NCBI GenBank assembly: GCA_038087875.1 | Contig: JAXLNO010004071.1 | Location: 62,001-126,000 of the forward strand | Reading direction: 5' to 3' | DNA: 64,000 bases | DNA from: Malacoraja senta | Lineage: Eukaryota | Part shown: positions 22,170 to 35,000 of the stretch, in pieces | Layout of the letters: every line of letters begins with the position of its first letter | Numbering within the stretch: position 1 is the stretch's first letter | Translations under genes and position numbers: made by a program | The notes under the pieces: model-generated | Seen by the model: the letters and a program-made list of their open reading frames with translations, nothing else | Told to the model about the DNA's origin: nothing | Database searches by the model: none

Positions 22170-22600
22170 GGATGATAATAATAATCATTGAAAACATTAG
22201 TGCCGTGCTGGTTTCCGACGGGCACGGTGACGGATGCACCACACATCTCTCCTTCATGCAACTGGCAAGCGCCTTTTTTATCTCTACACATGCGTCTTCC
22301 ATCAACGTCTTCACCATCATCTTGATTGGCCATCCTGGGTCAAGTCTTCCATGGGTGGGTTCCCACAGCACAACCTTGTTCGCTGGCATTTCTGGGTAAC
22401 GGAGCCAGTGACCTGCGAGCCTCATCCTTCTCAACGTGATCTTCTCGGTCAGAGGTGGATTCTCCCCATAGAGCTGGGCGTTGGTGATGTGGTCCCTCCA
22501 TCTGACATTTTAAACTTTTCCGAGCATTCGGGTGTAGGTACCATCAAGAGACTAGGACAGTGCTGGAGTGAGAGTCCATGCATCACACCCATACAATAAT
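22170..22600 (-). mobile_element. RTE-like LINE 3' fragment
   Basis: RLAGHWLRYPEMPANKVVLWEPTHGR...GWP..MVKTL is an RTE-type C-terminus. (ATT)n tail at 22172-22186. Confidence 0.7.
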
Positions 22601-22786
22601 ATGGTCTCTACAGTTGTACGGAAGGCCAAATATTCAGGCTGTAGTTCAGTGACAAGTAGAGTTGTCACAGGGATCTATGCTGTGACCCTTGCTACTTGTG
22701 ACATATATAAATAACTTGTACCCTGGTGTTCAGAAATTACCCAGTCATAACAATTAATCAAATAATGATTTTTATTTTTATTTCAG

Positions 22787-23062
22787 ATTATCACTACGTT
22801 CAAGGACAGTTTGGTTGTGAGGTGGACGATCACAGTCCCACTGTAGGGATATTGAAGTTGGCTTTTGATGGAAGATATGCATTTAGTTTTGATAAGGACA
22901 AACTAAAGTGGACGGTGCATGATCCAATAGCTGAGCCCTTCAAAGAGAAATGGGACAAGAATGAAAAAATGAACCGTTATTTCAAGAGCTTGTTAGAACA
23001 TGACTGTGTGGATCTATGGCTTACATACTATGCAATTGGAAAGACATACATGACCAGAAAAG
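22787..23062 (+). CDS. MHC class I-like heavy chain, alpha2 exon
   Basis: TTTCAG acceptor and GTGAGT donor; 276 nt, phase 1-1. Encodes YHYVQGQFGC...AFDG...W...KEKWD...LLEHDCVDLWLTYY with the C101-C164 pair. Confidence 0.95.
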
Positions 23063-23399
23063 GTGAGTTCAGAACAAAGGATGTTGTTTTGTGATGGTAG
23101 GCAATGAGTAATATTTCACTCTGAGGCAATGAGTCATATTATCTCTGACCCAATCATGACAGAGGGAAAGGTCATTCGGCCCATTGATTCTATGCTAGTT
23201 TTCTATGCAATGTCGACAAACCGTTCCACTGCTCTCTCTCACAACTTGCACTCAGCTCCCTCGGATTCTCCTTACATTCAGCTCCACGACGGATAATTTG
23301 CAATGTCCAACTAACTCACTGGCACGTCTTTGGTATATGGGACAAAATTGGAGCACATGGAGGAAGCCAACTGAGTCATAAGGTCATAAGTGATGGGTG

Positions 23400-23720
23400 C
23401 AGCATTAGAACATTCGGCCCATCAAGTCGACTTCGCCCGTCAATCATGGCTGATCTATCTCTCCCTCCTAACCCCATTCTCCTGCCTTCTCCCCATAACC
23501 CCTGACGTGCATACTAATCAAGAATTCAAAATATCCATTGACGGACTCCACAGCCTTCTGTGGCAAATAATTCCACAGAATCACCACCCTCTGACAAAAT
23601 AAATTCCTCCTCATCTCTTTCCTAAAGGAATGTCCTTTAATATTGAGACTATGACCTCTCGTCGTAGACTCTCCCACCATTGGAGACATCCTCTCCACAT
23701 CCACATCTATCCAAGCCTTT
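23400..23720 (-). mobile_element. CR1 3' fragment
   Basis: ORF 23468..23704 (TRGHSLNIKG...FCQRVVILWN). Confidence 0.8.
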
Positions 23721-23721
23721 C

Positions 23722-24990
23722 ACTATTTTTTAAATTTATTTTAAATATTTTTATTAGAAGCATGTGCATATCATAATACAAACATTTCTTATATATCAAT
23801 CCTACTTTGCTAATAGGTGGGAGTCCAGCTATCAAAATAATAGTGGTCCTCCTTTATCAATTGTATATTAAATCAGCTTCTATTTAGTTTTGTTTTATAG
23901 ATAGAAAGTGAGAAATTTAAAAGCATGATAAAGAAGAATGGAATAATTTACCAATAATACAACTTTGGAGATAGGTCCGTAGGTTATAAAGCATAACTAT
24001 TCATCTAATCCTGAGCTTGGATTTCAGTCAGATTCCCATGCTGAACCAATTTACCCTTTCAAAAAATCAATACATGGAGACCATATTCCATTAAATAATT
24101 CATGTTTGTCAATTAAGACAAGTCTAGTTCTTTCCAAATGTAAGGTCTCTGACATTTCCATAATCCACATTTTAATTGTGGGGTTTATAGGACCTTTCCA
24201 AAATTTTAATATTAATTTTTTCCCAATTATTATACTATAATCAAGAAAGCTTCTTTGGTTTATTGTAAGTCTTAGGCTTTGTTCTGATGTTCCTAATATT
24301 ATTAGTTTTGAGTCGGGATCCAATTGGGTATTGACTACTTCAGAAATTATTCTGAAAATGTCCTTCCAGAAATTTTTGATTTTTGTACAATTTACAAAGG
24401 TTAGCCTCTAAATGCTGGCATTTATCACAAATAGGAGAGATATGTGGGAAGATTCTATTTAATTTTGTTTAAGAATAATGTAATCTATGTAATACTTTAA
24501 ATTGTATTAAGGCATGTCTGGCATTTAACGAGCATTGATGTATATATTGTAGACTTTCGTCCCAAATATCTTTCGTTATGGGTTGGCCTAATTCATTTTC
24601 CCATGTGTGTCTATATAAATCCGTTGGCAGGACCTCACTATCTAAGAGGGTATTATAAATATGAGATATTAATTTTTCTGTATTAGGATGTTTATTCAAA
24701 CATTCATCAAGGATTTCTGGTTCCCTAGTTCTGTAATCTTGTGTATTTGATTTAATGTAATCTCTAAGTTGTAAATATCTGAAAAAGTTATTTGAGTGTA
24801 GTCCGTAAATCTGTTGTAACTCCTGAAATGAAAGAAAAGTGCCTTTCCTATAAAGATGACCCATCTTTTTAATGCCATAATTTTTCCATTGTGTAAAGCC
24901 TTTATCCAACATGGAAGGTTTGAATAAAGGGTTGTTTATAATGGGGAGACAGAGTGATAAATTATCCAATTTTAAAGTATTTTTTAATTG
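23722..24990 (-). mobile_element. 5'-truncated L1-clade LINE (ORF2 C-terminus)
   Basis: ORFs 24469..24969 and 24051..24323 (FFRYLQLR, IQFKVLHRLHYS, KLILKFWK); T-rich tail at about 23725. Confidence 0.85.
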
Positions 24991-25661
24991 TTTCCAAATT
25001 CGTATACCACTATATATTATATGATTTTCACTATAGGTTTTTTAATGCAATTTTGTGGGAGCAAACATAATCGAACCAATTTCAAAAGCAAACAGTCTTT
25101 CACTATTTTGTATGATTCAATGAGGTCCCCCCTTATGCTTCTAAACTCCAGCAAGTACAGGCCCACTGACATCAAATGGTCATCATATGTTAACCCATTC
25201 ATTCCTGGGATCATTCTTGTACTCCTCTGGACCCTCTCCAGAGCCAGCACATCCTTCCTCAGATATGGTGCCCAAAATTGCTCACAATGCTCCAAATGTG
25301 GCTTGACTGGTGCCTTATAGAACCTCAGCATTGCATCCCTGTTTGACAGGGAGAAAATGCAATTGATGTCTTTCATATTAGTTAACCATGGATTTTCTTG
25401 ACCACAGTTGACAGCCCCTAATGGGATTGCATGTCTATCACACATCTCAAAAGAGCACAGCGTTAAGCTTCGAAGGGCAAAATTTACACGAGATGTGCAG
25501 GTCAAGTGTTTTTTTGCACAGAGAGAGCTTGATACCTAGAATGCGCTACCAGGAGTGGTGGTAGAGGAGGAAATGATAATGGTGCTTAAGAAAGTTTTGG
25601 ACAGGCTCGTGGGTATGCAGGGAATACAAGAATATGGATCACATGCAGGCAGTGGAGATTA

Positions 25662-25943
25662 GTTTTGGTTTAGTTTAGAGAAACAGGAACCTTGGGCCAC
25701 TGAGTCCACACTGACCAGCAATTGCCCATTCACTATTTCTGTCCTACACGCTAGGGACAATTTACAGAAGCCAATTAACCTGCATGTCTTTTGTATTTGG
25801 GAGGAAACCGGAGCCCCCAGAGAAAACCCACAGGGTGACAGAGAGAACGTACAAACTCCGTCCAGACAGCATTCTAGTCAGGATCAAACCCGGGTCTCTA
25901 ATGCTGTAAGACAGCCACTCTATCAATGTGCCTCTGTGTTGCC
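25662..25943 (-). mobile_element. tRNA-derived SINE copy
   Basis: Reverse complement of the HE1-like head, core and tail. Confidence 0.75.
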
Positions 25944-27811
25944 TTAGTTTAACTTGGTATCCTGTTCCACATGGACATTGCAGGCTGAAAGTCCTGTTCT
26001 TGTACTGTTCTATGTTCTATATATTCTCATTGGACAGGGCAGGGATATGTTTTCCACTCCTCCAGCCTCCAGGTTGAATACTTCCTCCCAGTTTAAATCT
26101 GATTCAATTAGTCAATCCATTTCTCCCTCCGCTCCTGCCCTGCTCCCCATTCTATATTTTGAAGTAGTCATTCCCTTTTTCGCTCCCTGGTCTGTCTACT
26201 ATCCCCACAACTTTCCTCTACTTTCCTGTCTTGGTGCAAGCAACATCCATCCATTTACCACTTTCCATAGACCCAGGCAGTTCTTCAAAGTGAAACAGCG
26301 TGAAACACAAGCACTTCCAGTCAAATCTACTACATTTAGTTTTCATTACGTAATCTTCCACAACGCATCAATGAAACAAATAGAATGGCTGCTTTCTGGA
26401 GAACCCGCATTCAATCCATGGGACTTTCTAAGATTCCTAATTCCTGCCACTCTAATTCTCCATTCAACACCCACCATGATCCATCCATCTGTACCTCTAA
26501 CACTAGGATAACAAGGGTGAAAGTAGCCTTGAGGACCAACAACTCAGCTTCTGTCTGGACATGTTGCAGCCTTTCAAACTCAATTCCACATTCAACGAGT
26601 TGCATTCCCTGTCGATAAAAGAACTGGTCATTTCAACTGTTAAGTTGAAGACAGAAAGACAAGATGCAAGAAGTATGAAGCAGGATCCCAAGCTGAAACA
26701 TTACGTAACCATGTCTTCCAGATGCTGCCTGAACCACTGAGTTACACCTGCACGTTTTTGTGTTTTTTTTAATTACAGTTAAGTTATCCACCTGCCAAAT
26801 CAGGACAGCCTGACCTACTTGAGTACTGCAGTATGTCTGCATTTTATATAACTCTGTTTAATTTCATGCATGCAGAGATGCAGTGAAATGGTTCGGATGG
26901 AACAGCAGATGCTGGACACCCCGTCCCTTCTCTCCAGAGATGCTGCCTGTCCCGCTGAGTTACTCCAGCTTTTTGTGTCTATCTGCAGTGAAATGGTTGT
27001 TCTGCATTCTCTCCAGTCAAGTCATACTGTACATAAGTACAATTCGTCCTCTTCTGGAAAAGCACGCAGAGATCCACCACATTTCAGGACTATCTTGCAG
27101 CTTCCAAGTCTCTGAAAAGTCTGATTTTGCCCCAAGGAAATACCCAATTTCTCATATTCTCATGTTAAGGCCCAGTGTCATAACAGCACTGGATTGATGA
27201 AGTAGAGGCGCCTGCCTCAGTTTAAGATTTTCTGTTTCAAGATGTGATCGAACCCTCGTCACTGGAATTGTGTCGCAGTGCCACCCATTACGTATCAGTC
27301 CCAATTATCTTTCAACATGCTGGAATCACTTGTTTTTTAATCCTTTTTAGACTTTTTTCATGAATTGTTCAGCATAAACAGTTATGCTACAACAGTTAAG
27401 CGCAGCTACCACTTAGTTCCAGAGACGTAACAACACAAGAGATAGTGTTGCAGGGCTCTCGCTTAACTTTTTTTCCCTGTTGCCAGCCGGGCAACCTCGG
27501 CAGCTTTTTAGGTTGCCAAATGACAGCTTAGGTGGTCATTTAAGATGGCTTGCATGACGCGTGCGATAATGTGCTCAGATGAAGTGCGTAGATACCAGTC
27601 AGAATTATGGTCAATGAAACATTCACATATTATTTCTGCTTCAAATAAAGTCACAAACTAAACATATTCACCAATGAAGACATGATATATACCACAATGA
27701 CATGCATCAAAATTACAATACAGTATCTCATCTCTGTTTACACGTTGCAATGAATGCAATTTATATTATCTCTTTCCACTTCCAAACAAAAATATGGTTA
27801 TTCAGCGTATG

Positions 27812-28268
27812 ATCAACCTCGGTGAGACCAAGCGCAGGCATGGCGATCGCTTCGCACAACACCTCCACTCAGTTCGCAATAACCAACTTGATCTCCTGGT
27901 GGCTCAGCACTTCAACTCCCCCTCTGATTCCGAATCCGACCTTTCTGTTCTGGGCCTCCTCCATGGCCAGAGTGAGGCCCACCGCAAATTGGAGGAACAG
28001 CACCTCATATTTTGCTTGGGTAGTTTACACCCCAGCGGTATGAACATTGGCTTCTCCAATTTCAGATAGTCCTTGCTTTCTCCCTCCCCCTGCCTCCCAT
28101 TCTCAGCTCTCCCACACCCTACTGTCTCTGCCTCTTCCTTTCTTTTTCGCCCCCCACCCCTCCCGACATCAGTCTGAAGAAGGGTCTCGACCCGAAACGT
28201 CACCTTTTTCCTTTGCTCCATAGATGCTGCCTCACCTGCTGAGTTTTTCCAGCATTTGTGTCTACCCA
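27812..28268 (+). mobile_element. Penelope-like element 3' end (GIY-YIG C-terminus plus pseudo-LTR)
   Basis: LGETKRRHGDRFAQHL...HRKLEEQHLIFCLGSLHPSGMN in ORF 27794..28069. Confidence 0.88.
28170..28204 (+). ncRNA. Minimal type I hammerhead ribozyme motif in Penelope pLTR
   Basis: CTGAAGA-A-GGGTC-TC-GACCC-GAAAC-GTC has the catalytic boxes, a perfect stem II, a palindromic ACGU helix III and a predicted cleavage site after C28201. Confidence 0.7.
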
Positions 28269-29930
28269 TTCACACAAGTTCTGTTATCCCACTTTCCTCA
28301 CCCACTCCTGCACATTAGGGGCAATTTTACAGAGACAAGTTAACCTACAAAGCCAATGCGTCTTTGGGATGTGGGAGGGAACCCACATGATTGCAGGGAG
28401 AATGTGCAAATTCAACACAGACAGTGCCCGAGAACAGGATCGAACACAGGTCTCTGGCGTGTGAGGCAGCAAATCCACCAGCTGTGCCATTATATTTTAT
28501 TTTCCAACACACAAAAAATTATACGTTGATAACTTTGGTTACTAAAAAAAAGAAACTATCCATTTTCAGTCTTAAATCTCTAAGTGACGCTATGTCCCAC
28601 TTTACAGCTACTGTATGCTTAAATCAGTTCAAGGATATTGGGGCAGTACATTGCCCATAAATTGGCTGCCTAATATTGCCAGAGACCCAGAATTGATCCT
28701 GAATATGGGTGCTGTCTGTGTGGAGTTTTGTTTTCTCGTTTATAACATTGTTTACAGAGTACTATGTTTACATATTCTGTTGTGCTGCTGCAAGTGAGGA
28801 TTTCATTGTTCTAACTGGGACGTGAGAGAATAAAACAGTCTTGACTTACGTTGCTGATGTGTGGGATAGAACTAGAGTACGGGTGATCGGTGGTCGGCGT
28901 GGACTCAGTGGGCCGAAGGGCCTGCTTCCACACTGTATCTTTAAATTAAACTAAAAACACTAAAACCAGAGGAAATGTAAAGAAGGGTTTCTACCAGAAA
29001 TGTCACCCAATTTTTTCTATCCAGAGATGCTGGCTGCTCCATGGAGTTCCCCCGCACAATTAAAGCATGGAATAGTTGTCACCCTACTATAGGTACCCAA
29101 CCAGACGCAACTAAATTTAAGGTAGTTTTTTTCCCCCAAGAACCCTTTTTTGCTTAAGTCCAAGTCAAGAGTCAAGAGAGTTTTATTGTCATGTGTCCCA
29201 GATAGGACAATGAAATTCTTGCTTGCTGCAGCACAACAGAATATGTAAACATAATACAGAACAGGAGATAAAAGTTCAGTGTGTCTCTATACTATAGACC
29301 ATATATATACACAATAAATAAACGGATAAAATGCAATAGGCTGTTATTTTTCAGTTTGGAGTTTGGTGGTGGTGGGTCCACCAGTTTAAATTCCATTTCG
29401 AATATTTTTGGAGGACCTGGAAACCAAGAAGCAAGACTTACTCCAGCTGATGCAGCGACCAGACAGCAATGGCGGCCAGAACTCCCACAATGCAAAGGGA
29501 GGGAGAAAGTGGCCGACGCCGACCAGTTGCCGTGGCAGTGCGCATGTGCAGGGCTCGGCGGCCGGCCTTGCTGAGCGGAACCCGAGACCTGGACACGGAT
29601 GGCGGGCGGGCAGGTGTCCCGGTTGCTTGCCAAGCCGGGCAAAATGGCATGGCTTTTAGGTTGCCATTGGCACCGGGCAACCGCTAATTTCGAGCCCTGT
29701 GTTGGAAGAATGATCAAACTCACACATAGTGGTTAAAATCCATAGTCTTTTATTAGTAACTCTGCAGAGGAAACACAAGGTGCTTTCTTCTCAGCATGCT
29801 TACTACCAGTCTACCAGAGAGAGAGATAGAGAGAGAGCTGTCTAATAAGCCTGTGGGCGGAGCCACAGTATGAGTGACACTAATCTACAGATAGGCACAG
29901 GGATAAGTTGCGGTTTATTATTGCCACGTT

Positions 29931-30198
29931 TAGTTTCGAGGTACAGCATGGAAATAGGCCCTTTGGCCCACTGAACCTGTGCTGACTAACGACCACCCAA
30001 ATATTAGTTCTATCCTACACACTAGGGACAATTTACAGAAGCCAAAAAACTTACAAACCTGCACGTCTTTGAATGTGACGGAACTGTAGCACCCGGAGAT
30101 AACTCGCATGGTCACAGGGAGAATATATGAACTCTATATAGACAGCACCCATTGTCAGCATTGAACTTTGGTCTGTAGTACTGTAAGGCAGCAACTTT
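29931..30198 (-). mobile_element. tRNA-derived SINE copy
   Basis: Reverse complement of the HE1-like SINE. Confidence 0.75.
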
Positions 30199-31485
30199 CC
30201 AGGTACAGTTCCATGATATCCAATTGGATGAGATAACGACATACATATATATGATCAAGTCAACTCAAGTACTGTAGGTAGAGCAAAGGGGAAGGTACAG
30301 ACTGTGGCATATAGTTCTCAGCAATGTAGCACACCAGTTCCATTAGATATGAGTTTCGACTCAAAACGTAACACATTCCTTCTCTCCAGAGATGCTGCCT
30401 GACCCGTTGAGTTACTCTAGTATTTTGTGTCTATCTGCGGTTTAAACCAGCATCTACAGTTCCTTCCTGCATAGTTCCATAAACAAAGTCCACTGTCTGT
30501 AATGGGGTAGTGGTCAATTGGACAGAACCCTAGCTTATGGAACGATCATTCAGAAGCCTGATTTTCTCCTCGGTTATCAAGTTTCTGAGTAAGCCATTTG
30601 GTCCTCTAACCTGCCCACCATTCAATATGACCATGGCTGACGTTCCTCAGGCATCAACTCCTGATCGGTGCCAGTTCCTCATTGCACTCAATTCTCCAAT
30701 CTTTCAAAAGTTTAACTACCGCCACATTAAATACTTCCAATGATTTTGTCTTCACAAATCTCTGGGGTCAAGAGCGCCAGAGAATGACCACACTCTGCAA
30801 AAAGAGATTTTGTAAACAAATGACTGGTCTCTTTTATCTCTTATTGAAGAGGAGAGAAAATACTGCCAATTTTAAGCTTGTCCCCTCCCCAATTGACCCT
30901 CATTTCGTAACTTGTCAATTATTTATTATTGTCAATAATATGCCATAGTGAAAAGATTTGCCGTTGGTATTAGTTTATTATTGTCACGTGAACTGAGATA
31001 TAGTCAAAAGTGTGTCTGTGTTATCCAATCAGATCATACTACACATGTGCAATCAAGCCATCCACAAGTAGAACAGTGCCAAGAAAAAAATACTCAGAGT
31101 GCAGAATATCGGGTTACAATATCATAGCATTACAGTTACAGAGAAAGTGCAGATCAAAAAGATTTGCAAGGATCACAATGAGATTGGTTGGAAGATCAGG
31201 GCAACATCTTATCTTACATGAGAATCATCCAGTAGTCCAATAACAGCGGGGAAGAAGCTGTTCCTGAATTTAATGGTACGTGCTTTCAAACTTTCTTGTG
31301 TACTGTCTTAACAGGGAGCGTACAATCCCTTTTAAACCACGTGGTTGGTTGATGGTGACGAAAGAGGCAAAATGGGGCAGATGTAGACAGTAACTTGGTG
31401 GTTGTAGTAGACTGAAGAATATTTTGTGGTGGGTGACTGTGCAAGTTTTACTGAAGATGAAAATAACCATCTTACTGTCTTGTAG

Positions 31486-31752
31486 TTTCCCCTGAGGTCA
31501 CTCTCGCTGCCCGCCCTGAAGATCATTCAGTCCTGTACTGCACTGTGTTTGGATTTTACCAACCGGCCATCAATGTCAGCTGGTTGCAGAATGGTCAACA
31601 TGTCTCTGAGACCAAATCTTCTGGGGTCATACCCAACAACGATGGAACATATCATCTAAAGTCTGTCCTTCAGTATGATCCGTATGATGGGAAACAGTAT
31701 TCCTGTCATGTCGATCACAGGAGCCTGCCCGGTGGGAAGACCATCATCTGGG
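31486..31752 (+). CDS. MHC class I-like heavy chain, alpha3 (Ig C1) exon
   Basis: TGTAG acceptor and GTAAGA donor; 267 nt, phase 1-1. Encodes VSPEV...LYCTVFGFYQPAINVSW...PNNDGTYH...YSCHVDHRSL...IIW. Confidence 0.95.
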
Positions 31753-32045
31753 GTAAGAACGTTAAATATTCTTTCATAGATAATCATTATCTTCTGTTGT
31801 ATCCATTTTAACCATTGTGACTACATCCCATATTCCAAGATGCTTAAACTTTCTTTGTTTAGTGGTTTTGCTCTAAGCAATCACATAATCAGCACCCACT
31901 CTCCACATGAGCAGAAGACTTTGTCAACAGAACATTTATCAAAAATAAATAAATAACTAATATACAAGGAAGGAGTATTTGAGATTCTCAGTGGTGGAAC
32001 TGAAATCCATGAAAGGTATGCTTAAATAATAAATGAATCTTTCCT

Positions 32046-35000
32046 CATGATGTGATTAACAGCAAGGCACTGGGGGAGTACATGCCCCAATGCGAATCAG
32101 TGGTCCAAAGTGGAAATGATTGAGAGCTTTGTGTTCCTTGGCATGAATATATCCAATATTCGGTCATGGACTGGCCACATAGCCAAGGGGGCACACCGAC
32201 ACCTCTACTTCCTCAGGAGACTGAGAATATTCATCATGTCTCTGGTGACTCCAGCAAACATCTATAGATGCTGCTAGAGACAGCATGTTGTTGGGTTGCA
32301 TCACATCTTGATTTGGGAACTGCACTGCCCAAGACTGCAAGAATATACAAAGAGTTAAAGATCATCACACAGGCCAGACTTCCCACTATTGATGGTTGCC
32401 TTGGATACCGAGACGTATCCCACCCCGGTCATTCCTCCTTCCTGCTCCCATCAGGCAATAGGTACAGAAAATTGAAAATATGCACTGCCAGACTCAGGAA
32501 CACCCCCTTTCCATCTCTTATCAGGCTTCAGAAGGGTCCTTCCATAATGTAGGTTTAATGCCCGATTCACCTCAACCTCATTGCACATTGAACATTGTCT
32601 ATGGAACTGATGCGTTACAATGCTGAGAACTATATTCTGTACTCTGTATCCTCCTCTTTGCTCTATCTATTGTTTTTTAGTTTTTTATTTATCTATAGTA
32701 TTATCTAATTTGTTTGGATAGCATACAAAACAAACCTTTGCACTATCTTGAAACATCTGGCATTAATAAAACTAAACCTAATGAAGTAAGTTCTGTGACG
32801 CAAGTTACAGCTTCAGCAACAAAAAAATATAACTGCCTGACAAACAGCGATCGTAGTAGTTTGATTCCAGGTATGCTGCACTAACCCACACAAATGTTCA
32901 CTTTTGAAGATTCCCTCGAACAATGCACAAATAAGGAATCTGATGTTTCACTCTGAAGACTGTTGACATACTCCAGAACTTAATTTTCAACCTATCTATG
33001 TATCATCAGCAATCTAGGCTACAGCACCACCAGGCCCTTCATCTGCTCTTAATACTAACGATAAGTAGTTCACTTTCTTGCATTGATTCCCATCCTGCAG
33101 TTGCAGTTTCCCAACTTAAACACTCCTTTAAGACTCTGCTTGCTCTTAATTGTTTTTCCATTCATGCTAATTATTACCCCCAATGTCATAAGCCATTTGC
33201 CTTTGCATCACTTGATCAGATATCTTATGAAAATCCAGATATTCTGGCGACATCTGGTGGTCAGGCCACTTATTGCTAGAACCCTCGTCAGGGGAGCAGG
33301 GACTATCATGTGACAGGGTTTTGGTGGGAGTTGGTGATGAGTTAATCGCCAGTCAACTGGTGCGCCCGATTATAACGGTGGGAACTTTGCTCAAGTCCTT
33401 ACTAAACGCGAGTGGGCCAAAACTGTATTTCTTAAAAAAACATTGATTTGTTCACGACGCTTGGATCTCTACAATATATTGTATTTCTTTTGTTTCTCAT
33501 TCCAATTTTGTTACCTATTCTGCTTTTCCATCATTTTGTTTTTAAATTTTAGGCTGTGCACACCTGCAAACTACTGCTGCTCAAATATACATTGTCTACG
33601 GGTTCCTGTTGCATTTTCAAAGAATTCTAATCAATTTCTCAAACAAAGTTTGAAGAAGGGTCCGTAAACGAAATGTCACCTGTCCATGTGTAGGGAGAAA
33701 TTGCAAATGCTGGTATACACCGAAGATGGACACAAATTGCTGGAATAACTCAGCTGGTCAGGCAGCATTTCTGGAGAAAAGGAATAGGTGATGTTTCGGG
33801 TCACGATCCTTCTGACTGAGTCCATGTTCGCCAGAGATGTTGCCTATTCCGCTCAGTAACTCCAGCATTTTGTGTCTATCATGTATATTCTTTCCACTGA
33901 CTGGTTAGCATGAAACAAAAGCTTTTCACTGCACCTCAGTACTCGTGACAATAAACTAAACTAAAGCTTTTGTATAAATCAGTATCTGCATCTCTTTCTT
34001 TCTACAATTTTCCTGTTAATGCACTTTATTGTTTTGTTATTACTTAAATGTTCTGCCATTACTGAAAGGAATCCAACATTTTCCCCAAAACAGATGATAG
34101 TTTATATAGGGTTAAAGCTTTCTGCTTTCAATTCACCTTCTTTCTTGAATTAAGTTGTGGCTGTGATGGTGCCATAGATCATAGAGTTGTACAGAACATA
34201 TATTGTCCCTTTGCCATGTTGCAGAACTCCATGATGTGATTAACAGCAAGGCACTGGGGGAGTACATGCCCCAATGCGAATCAGTGGTCCAAAGTGGAAA
34301 TGATTGAGAGCTTTGTGTTCCTTGGCATGAATATATCCAATATTCGGTCATGGACTGGCCACATAGCCAAGGGGGCACACCGACACCTCTACTTCCTCAG
34401 GAGACTGAGAATATTCATCATGTCTCTGGTGACTCCAGCAAACATCTATAGATGCTGCTAGAGACAGCATGTTGTTGGGTTGCATCACATCTTGATTTGG
34501 GAACTGCACTGCCCAAGACTGCAAGAATATACAAAGAGTTAAAGATCATCACACAGGCCAGACTTCCCACTATTGATGGTTGCCTTGGATACCGAGACGT
34601 ATCCCACCCCGGTCATTCCTCCTTCCTGCTCCCATCAGGCAATAGGTACAGAAAATTGAAAATATGCACTGCCAGACTCAGGAACACCCCCTTTCCATCT
34701 CTTATCAGGCTTCAGAAGGGTCCTTCCATAATGTAGGTTTAATGCCCGATTCACCTCAACCTCATTGCACATTGAACATTGTCTATGGAACTGATGCGTT
34801 ACAATGCTGAGAACTATATTCTGTACTCTGTATCCTCCTCTTTGCTCTATCTATTGTTTTTTAGTTTTTTATTTATCTATAGTATTATCTAATTTGTTTG
34901 GATAGCATACAAAACAAACCTTTGCACTATCTTGAAACATCTGGCATTAATAAAACTAAACCTAATGAAGTAAGTTCTGTGACGCAAGTTACAGCTTCAG

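Larger units (their letters stand above)
27451..29699. mobile_element. TIR element (CAGGGCTC...GAGCCCTG) with 5-bp TSD and nested Penelope/SINE insertions
   Basis: TGTTG lies immediately outside both termini (27446-27450, 29700-29704). GGCAACC/GGTTGCC subterminal motifs cluster at both ends. Confidence 0.7.

Noticed and set aside
25954-26511. 185-aa ORF
   Set aside because: It spans a SINE end and decayed Penelope-like sequence; the low-complexity translation has no recognisable domain.
31486-31752. MHC class II or immunoglobulin constant exon
   Set aside because: It is preceded by two class I-type groove exons in phase and followed by a single TM exon, so class I is the simpler reading.
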